Shown: positions 25,530 through 32,000 of the stretch, piece after piece
Layout of the letters: the number at the start of each line of letters is the position of its first letter
How positions within the stretch are numbered: position 1 is the first letter of the stretch
Origin: Candidatus Saccharimonadota bacterium
GTDB taxonomy: Bacteria > Patescibacteriota > Saccharimonadia > Saccharimonadales > UBA4665
Assembly: GCA_963716945.1 (NCBI GenBank)
Contig: OY970322.1
Coordinates: 1,020,001 to 1,052,000, forward strand
Direction of reading: 5' to 3'
DNA length: 32,000 nt
Program-made: the position numbers and the translations under genes
Notes under the pieces: generated by a model
Databases searched by the model: none
What the model saw: only the letters and a program-made list of their open reading frames with translations
What the model was told of the DNA's origin: nothing

Positions 25530-25538
25530 ATTTTAACA
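25530..25538 (-). promoter_or_regulatory. Extended -10 TGTTAAAAT 9 nt upstream of the mnmA ATG
   Basis: Minus-strand TGTTAAAAT at 25538-25530, with ATG at 25520. No SD. Confidence 0.4.
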
Positions 25539-25559
25539 AATTAAAGCTTGAGGGGCGGT

Positions 25560-27241
<1,682 letters not shown>

Positions 27242-28108
27242 TTAGACCCCCGCTCCGACGCCGGTCTTTTTCAGGCCGTTAACGATTTCCTTGAGCCGCT
27301 CGTCCTTGAGGCCCCGCTTGGCCCGGTTATATTCGAGATGCAGTTCGTTCCTGGATTCGTCTGACCGTTTGTGCGAGGCGCTCATAGCCCGGAAGCGCGA
27401 AGCATACTGGGCCAGTTTCGATTCCAGAATCAGCTGGCTGATGGCAATCTGCATCATCGACCGCTCCAGGTGGGCGGCGACCGCGTAGCTGCTGGGCTCG
27501 AAAATATACGTCTCCTCGCTGATTACTTCGTCCGGCTTGTCGCTGGTGTCGCCCCGCTTTTTGACGGCGCTGGAGAGCTCGATCCGCCTGACGTCCTGGA
27601 CCATCAGCGAGACATACTGCTGGTAGAAGATCTTGGTCGACTTATACTTCTGGACTTCGCGGGAGATGGGCGTGACATTAATGTTCCTGTCTTTCTGGGG
27701 CATCTTGAAATACTTCTGGTAGCTGATAGCGCGCTGGGCCAGCTGCATGGCGCCGTGGTGCCCGATGACGATGATGTCGGCCTTGTCCTTGTCATAGTTT
27801 TGCAGCATCAGCTGCACCAGTTTTTGGTCAATGTCGCCGCTCAAACCGCCTTCGGCCGTGATGATAACGTACAGTTCCTTGTCAATAACGGACTTGGCGG
27901 CCTCGTTGTCGCGCCCGAAACCGAAATCCTTATTTACGCGCAGCTGCGAATAAATGCTCCACAGCTCGTCGAAGAATTTGGCCGACTGCAAAACCTGGTC
28001 CTTGATCTGGGCGATGCGCATGCTGGCGATACCCTCGAAGGCGCTGGTCAGCTGGACGAGCGTCGACATCGACGCTTCCTCGGTGGCGATTTCGTTAGGC
28101 CGCTTCAT
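27242..28108 (-). CDS. atpG: F-type ATP synthase subunit gamma
   Basis: 288 aa, located between alpha and beta. The N-terminal helix has MRIAQIKD-like sequence, and the C-terminal helix ...[21 protein letters not shown] is typical of gamma. Confidence 0.85.
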   Translation of the reverse strand: MKRPNEIATEEASMSTLVQLTSAFEGIASMRIAQIKDQVLQSAKFFDELWSIYSQLRVNKDFGFGRDNEAAKSVIDKELYVIITAEGGLSGDIDQKLVQLMLQNYDKDKADIIVIGHHGAMQLAQRAISYQKYFKMPQKDRNINVTPISREVQKYKSTKIFYQQYVSLMVQDVRRIELSSAVKKRGDTSDKPDEVISEETYIFEPSSYAVAAHLERSMMQIAISQLILESKLAQYASRFRAMSASHKRSDESRNELHLEYNRAKRGLKDERLKEIVNGLKKTGVGAGV

Positions 28109-29619
28109 GATTTGGCTCCGGCCGGCTGCTTATCGTGTTCTTTGGGCTCTTCGGCGGTGTGGGGCTGGTCCGCCGCGGCCGGCTTGGGCTCGACGCCTTT
28201 CAGCTTGATCAGGCTCTCTTCCTTAAGCCGGGCGCGGACCTTTTCGTAATCCGACTCGTCCTTGACGTCGGCCGCCGATTCGCTGGCTTTCAGTTTCAGG
28301 ATACTGAGGTCCAGCTCCTCGTTTTCCTCAAGGTTGAGGATAATATCGAACATCAGTTGCTGGGCCATTAATGAGAAAGTGTCGGACGGGCTTTGGGTCA
28401 GGATCTTGAGGATGCGGGCGCCGCTGTTCAGCGAGCGCTGGGCTTCGACAGCCAGCTCCGAACCGAAGTGCGAAAACTCTTCGGCCTGGTGGTAGTCGGC
28501 CAGGGTTTTCAGGGCTTTGTCGGCCAGTTCCTTTTGGCGCTTGTTGTGGCCCGCGCCGCCGGCGCGGGTGACGCTCAAACCCATGCTCAGTGCCGGCCGG
28601 ATTCCGTCGCGGAAGATGCCCATATCCAGAATCCATTGGCCGTCGGTTATCGACATGATGTTGGTCGGCAGGTAAGCCGTGATATCGCCCCTGTCGGCAT
28701 GGACTATCGGTACGCAGGTCAGGCACTTGCCGCTGCTGTCGAGCCGGCCGGCCCGCTCCAGCAGGCTGGAATGGGCGTAGAACATGTCGCCGGGATAAGA
28801 GTCCCGGCCCGGGCTGGAACCCGAGAGCAAAGCCACCTCCCGGTAAGCGTGGGCATGGCTGGTCAAGTCGTCGTAAATAATAATCGTGTCCTGGTCGCAC
28901 TTTTGCCACAAATATTCGGCCATCGAACAGGCCACGTAGGGCGCTATATAGCTCATGATCAGCGATTCGAACATTGTTGAGACCACGATTATGGCTTTTT
29001 CGAGGCCGCCGCTCTGCTGGAGGCGGTTGAGCAGCGTGTCGACGTCGCTGGGACGCTTGGCGATCAGGCAGTAGACTACGATCTGGTCGGTGTTTTTCTG
29101 GTTGATGGTCAGCTGGGTCGCCAATGTGCTCTTGCCTGATTTGCTGTCGCCGAGCAAGGCCATGCGCTGGCCGCGGACGATCGGAAACAGGGTATCGATG
29201 GCGATAACGCCGCTTTCCAGCTGGTCTTCAATCAGGCGCCGCTGGTACAGCGACGGGGCTTCGTTGAAAACCGGCCAGACGCCGTCGGCCGCTATCGGCC
29301 CCTTGCCGTCCAGCGGATCACCCGTCACCGACACGACGCGGCCGACGAAATCCTTACCGACCTTGCAGACCAGTTCCTGGTGCTGGACAACGGCCACCAT
29401 GCCGGAACGCAGTTCTTGGGCGCCAAGGTGTAGGACGATGACGTGGCCGGCCAACACCTGGTGAACGAAACCCTTGCTGCCGTCTTCGAACATTATCAGG
29501 GAACGGACCGCGCAGGGCTGGAGGCCGCGGACCCGGACCATGAATTTTTCGACGGCGATGACTTCGCCGACCGGGTTGCCGGCCTTGACGAGCTTGTCGA
29601 AGTGCGTGCTGTCGCTCAT
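28105..29619 (-). CDS. atpA: F-type ATP synthase subunit alpha (divergent P-loop GDSKSGKS; about 60-aa charged C-terminal extension)
   Basis: [79 protein letters not shown] and [14 protein letters not shown] are colinear with F1 alpha. Confidence 0.93.
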   Translation of the reverse strand: MSDSTHFDKLVKAGNPVGEVIAVEKFMVRVRGLQPCAVRSLIMFEDGSKGFVHQVLAGHVIVLHLGAQELRSGMVAVVQHQELVCKVGKDFVGRVVSVTGDPLDGKGPIAADGVWPVFNEAPSLYQRRLIEDQLESGVIAIDTLFPIVRGQRMALLGDSKSGKSTLATQLTINQKNTDQIVVYCLIAKRPSDVDTLLNRLQQSGGLEKAIIVVSTMFESLIMSYIAPYVACSMAEYLWQKCDQDTIIIYDDLTSHAHAYREVALLSGSSPGRDSYPGDMFYAHSSLLERAGRLDSSGKCLTCVPIVHADRGDITAYLPTNIMSITDGQWILDMGIFRDGIRPALSMGLSVTRAGGAGHNKRQKELADKALKTLADYHQAEEFSHFGSELAVEAQRSLNSGARILKILTQSPSDTFSLMAQQLMFDIILNLEENEELDLSILKLKASESAADVKDESDYEKVRARLKEESLIKLKGVEPKPAAADQPHTAEEPKEHDKQPAGAKS

Positions 29620-30131
29620 GCCGCCTTCCCTGCCGCCACTAGCTGTTCGATGAGCAGGCCTTTTTGTTCATCAAAATGCCGCCGCAGCGAAAAATCAAAC
29701 TCATGGTTAGTCGTCCGTACAATGCAGCCGCCGCCCATGTTAGGCTGCAAGCCGATGGTGATCAGGGTGAAAGGGTGAATCTCCTTGCGCAGCCAGGTCA
29801 TCAGCTTTTCGGCGAACGCGACCGACGGGTCGGCACCGAAACTTACGTGCAGCACGGGTGCCGTTTGACGGATGACGACCAGGAATTGCTTCAATGCCGA
29901 ACGGTCGCCCGGCTTTAACAGGTTGAGATCGTTAAGCTCGATGGTCTGGTCCATCAGGCGGCTGGTCTTCGGCATTTTGACTTCCTGGCCGCCGGTCCTC
30001 AGGCCCAGCTGCAGCAGTGATTCGTCAATCTGCTCCAGCTCGCGAATTAGCCGGCCGACGTCGGCCGGACTGGCGATTAACAGAGGCAGCTTGGGAGTCC
30101 GCTCGGACTGTGGATGGGGATTATGCGCCAC
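29616..30131 (-). CDS. atpH: F-type ATP synthase subunit delta (OSCP-like), divergent N-terminus
   Basis: The gene sits between atpF and atpA with overlapping start and stop codons. The C-terminal part ([23 protein letters not shown]) resembles the OSCP motif GG..v..g....D.S. Confidence 0.6.
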   Translation of the reverse strand: MAHNPHPQSERTPKLPLLIASPADVGRLIRELEQIDESLLQLGLRTGGQEVKMPKTSRLMDQTIELNDLNLLKPGDRSALKQFLVVIRQTAPVLHVSFGADPSVAFAEKLMTWLRKEIHPFTLITIGLQPNMGGGCIVRTTNHEFDFSLRRHFDEQKGLLIEQLVAAGKAA

Positions 30132-30750
30132 TGCTTATGTCCTCGATGATGGCCTTCTTGTTGGCCTCCAGTTCGCCCAGGATATATTCAAGCTGGTCGC
30201 TAAGGTCGATTTGGTTGCCGACGGCGGCCAGGACGTAGTGGTTGATGATATCGGCCATGTTGGCTTCGAAGCGCTTGGCCATCTCTTGTTTTTCGAGCAG
30301 GATCTGCTTCTGGACCTCTTGGCTCATCATTTCCCTTTGCTCGTCGATGGCCACATTGGTCTTTTGGATAGAATCGATGGCCAGCTGCTTGGCATCCATG
30401 ATTGACTGTTCGTATTTATCGAACTCTTCCTTAAGCTTGGCCGTGATCTCGGTCTTCATGTACTCGTTGAGCTGCGAAGTCGTCAAGCGCAGGTCCTGCT
30501 GCAGGAACATGGCGTTCTCACCGATGATTTTCTCGAAGTGCAGCCGGCCGCGGTTGCGCAACTCCTCGCGGAAATCGGCGTCAAAGATATGCTCGACGTC
30601 GTGGTCGGCCCGGTCTTGGATGGTTTCGTCGGGATTAGCGCCGGGGCGCGCCTTGCCGTCTACGTTACCGAGCCTGACGGCTACCCAGATGAAAGCCACA
30701 CCGGCGCTGCCGAGCGCTGCCAGGATTAGCAGCAGCCACCAGATTGTCAT
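30121..30750 (-). CDS. atpF: F-type ATP synthase subunit b (single N-terminal TM plus a long charged helix)
   Basis: N-terminal TM segment WWLLLILAALGSAGVAFIWVAV is followed by about 170 aa of E/K/Q-rich helix. The gene sits immediately upstream of atpH. GGTGGG lies 10 nt upstream of the ATG. Confidence 0.7.
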   Translation of the reverse strand: MTIWWLLLILAALGSAGVAFIWVAVRLGNVDGKARPGANPDETIQDRADHDVEHIFDADFREELRNRGRLHFEKIIGENAMFLQQDLRLTTSQLNEYMKTEITAKLKEEFDKYEQSIMDAKQLAIDSIQKTNVAIDEQREMMSQEVQKQILLEKQEMAKRFEANMADIINHYVLAAVGNQIDLSDQLEYILGELEANKKAIIEDISSGA

Positions 30751-30837
30751 GTTTGTTTACCCACCGTCATCTATAAATTCTCTGCTCTAAAAGGTTAAGA
30801 CACCTGATTGCGAAAATGCTCAAGCTTTCGAGAGTAA

Positions 30838-30866
30838 TTATACTCCAGAAGCCTCTCGTCAACAAA
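30838..30866 (-). promoter_or_regulatory. Promoter of the atpF-atpC cluster: TATAAT with -35 TTGTTG (17-nt spacer) or TTGACG (14-nt spacer)
   Basis: On the minus strand, TATAAT is at 30843-30838, TTGACG at 30863-30858 and TTGTTG at 30866-30861. An approximately 80-nt leader runs to the ATG at 30750. Confidence 0.45.
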
Positions 30867-30890
30867 GCCAAAAACCAAGTTCCGTGGTAC

Positions 30891-30906
30891 CCGGTTCTAG
30901 AACCGG
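30891..30906 (-). terminator. Hairpin CCGGTT-ctag-AACCGG 4 nt after the cysteine desulfurase stop
   Basis: 6-bp stem with a 4-nt loop. A TTTTT run appears only about 15 nt further downstream on the minus strand, so terminator status is doubtful. Confidence 0.3.
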
Positions 30907-30909
30907 TTT

Positions 30910-32000
30910 CTAAGCGTAACGGGCCAGGGTTGTAACGGCGGCGCGAACCGCCTTGTCGTCGGTCCCCCGGCCCATCGTGAACCGCAGGCTGGCCCGGGCA
31001 GCGGCATCGTCCAGGCCGAGAGCGTGCAGGACGTGGGAAGACTCTTGGCTGCTGGCACTGCAGGCCGAACCGGCGGCCGCCAAGACACCGGCTTGGTCGA
31101 GCTGGATCAGCAGCCGTTCGTTGTCGCCGCCGGGTATCGTCAGGTGGATATTGTTAGGCAAGCGGTGCTTGGCGGACCCGTTAATCTGCGCCGCCGGGAG
31201 CTGTTCTTCGAGCAGCTTCAAGAACAGCTGTTGCAGGGCTTGGAGGCGTTTGGCCTCTTCGCGGCGGCTGGCCTGGGCGATGTCCAAAGCCGCGGCAAAG
31301 CCGGCAATCGAGGCCACGTTTTCGGTACCCGAGCGCCACCCCCTCTCTTGGCCGCCGCCGTAGATAAGCGGCTCCAGCTCGAGGCCGGCTTTGACATACA
31401 GCGCGCCGGACTGTTTGGGCCCGTATATCTTGCCGCCATTGAGGGTCATCAGGTCGATGCCCAGCCGGGCCGCGTGCAAGTCGAGGTAGTTGGCGGCCTG
31501 GCAAGCGTCGGTGTGCAGGTACAGCGGCCGGGCGCCGGCCGGGCGCCGGCGCCTGATTTCGTCTACCAGTTTAGCGGCTTCCCGGACAGGCTGGACCGTA
31601 CCGATCTCATTATTGGCGTACATGACGCTGACCAGCACGGTATTATCATCGATTTGGCGGCGCAGGCTGTCTAAGTCGAGCCGGCCATCCGGGCGGACCG
31701 GAGCTTCGCGGCAGTCGTAGTTATGGGCCGGAGCCAGGACCGACTCGTGCTCAATCGAACTGACGACCAGGTTGGCGTCCGGGAACCGGCGCATTACGCC
31801 GTGGATAGCCAGGTTATTGGCCTCGGTGCCGCCGGCCGTGAAGATGATCTCGCTGGCGCGGGCACCGAGCCAGTGGGCGGTTTTTGAACGGGCTTCGGAG
31901 ACGGCTCTTTTGACTGCCAGTCCGGCCGAATAAGTTGCCGACGGGTTATAAAAGTTCTCGGCCAGGTAGGGCCTCATGGCTTCAATCACGGCCGGTGCCG
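30910..32000 (-). CDS. Cysteine desulfurase (class V aminotransferase, NifS/IscS-like); 5' end beyond the window
   Basis: FTAGGTEANNLAIHG, HTDACQA, PLP-Lys context NGGKIYGPKQSGALYV and active-site Cys in GSACSASS. The frame stays open to nt 32000 (..APAVIEAMRPYL). Confidence 0.9.
   Translation of the reverse strand, partial: APAVIEAMRPYLAENFYNPSATYSAGLAVKRAVSEARSKTAHWLGARASEIIFTAGGTEANNLAIHGVMRRFPDANLVVSSIEHESVLAPAHNYDCREAPVRPDGRLDLDSLRRQIDDNTVLVSVMYANNEIGTVQPVREAAKLVDEIRRRRPAGARPLYLHTDACQAANYLDLHAARLGIDLMTLNGGKIYGPKQSGALYVKAGLELEPLIYGGGQERGWRSGTENVASIAGFAAALDIAQASRREEAKRLQALQQLFLKLLEEQLPAAQINGSAKHRLPNNIHLTIPGGDNERLLIQLDQAGVLAAAGSACSASSQESSHVLHALGLDDAAARASLRFTMGRGTDDKAVRAAVTTLARYA

Overview
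The window is a very gene-dense, mostly minus-strand stretch of bacterial chromosome. GC is roughly 55-62%, judged from hand-counted 60-nt lines. I call 28 protein-coding genes. I found no rRNA, tRNA, CRISPR array, IS or transposase, or integrase.

Gene content, left to right:
- Three tandem, translationally coupled ABC exporter paralogs; the first is cut by the window edge.
- A DUF2127-like membrane protein.
- Ribosomal protein L25/Ctc.
- A DedA-family membrane protein.
- uvrA.
- An unrecognisable 737-aa acidic cytoplasmic protein.
- A 70-aa membrane ORF behind a near-perfect sigma70 promoter.
- sbcB (exonuclease I).
- obg.
- A LysM-LysM-CHAP cell-wall hydrolase preceded by a 247-nt structured non-coding region.
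- An mltG-ruvX-(589-aa bitopic membrane protein)-ftsA operon.
- A 7-TM protein with two PQ-loop-like repeats.
- A 153-aa orphan.
- A short alaS.
- A GmhB-like HAD phosphatase.
- mnmA.
- An atpFHAGDC cluster without atpB or atpE.
- A NifS/IscS-type cysteine desulfurase running off the right edge.

Genes often overlap by 1-17 nt. Convergent gene ends are 4 nt apart or overlap.

The features most worth follow-up:
- The orphan 737-aa gene and the small-ORF/promoter module between uvrA and sbcB.
- The long leader upstream of the LysM/CHAP gene, which is a candidate riboswitch.
- The ftsA-linked 589-aa membrane protein.
- A recurring TGnTAnnnT extended -10 placed 6-11 nt from start codons, which suggests leaderless mRNAs.
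- A sharp low-GC in-frame patch inside alaS.
- A 130-nt identical tract shared by two of the ABC paralogs.
- The ATP synthase cluster lacking a and c subunits, with an atypical epsilon.

The compact layout and shortened proteins suggest a reduced-genome lineage with a Gram-positive-type envelope, possibly CPR/Saccharibacteria-like. That is inference only. No database search or folding computation was possible; all family calls rest on motifs read from the translations.
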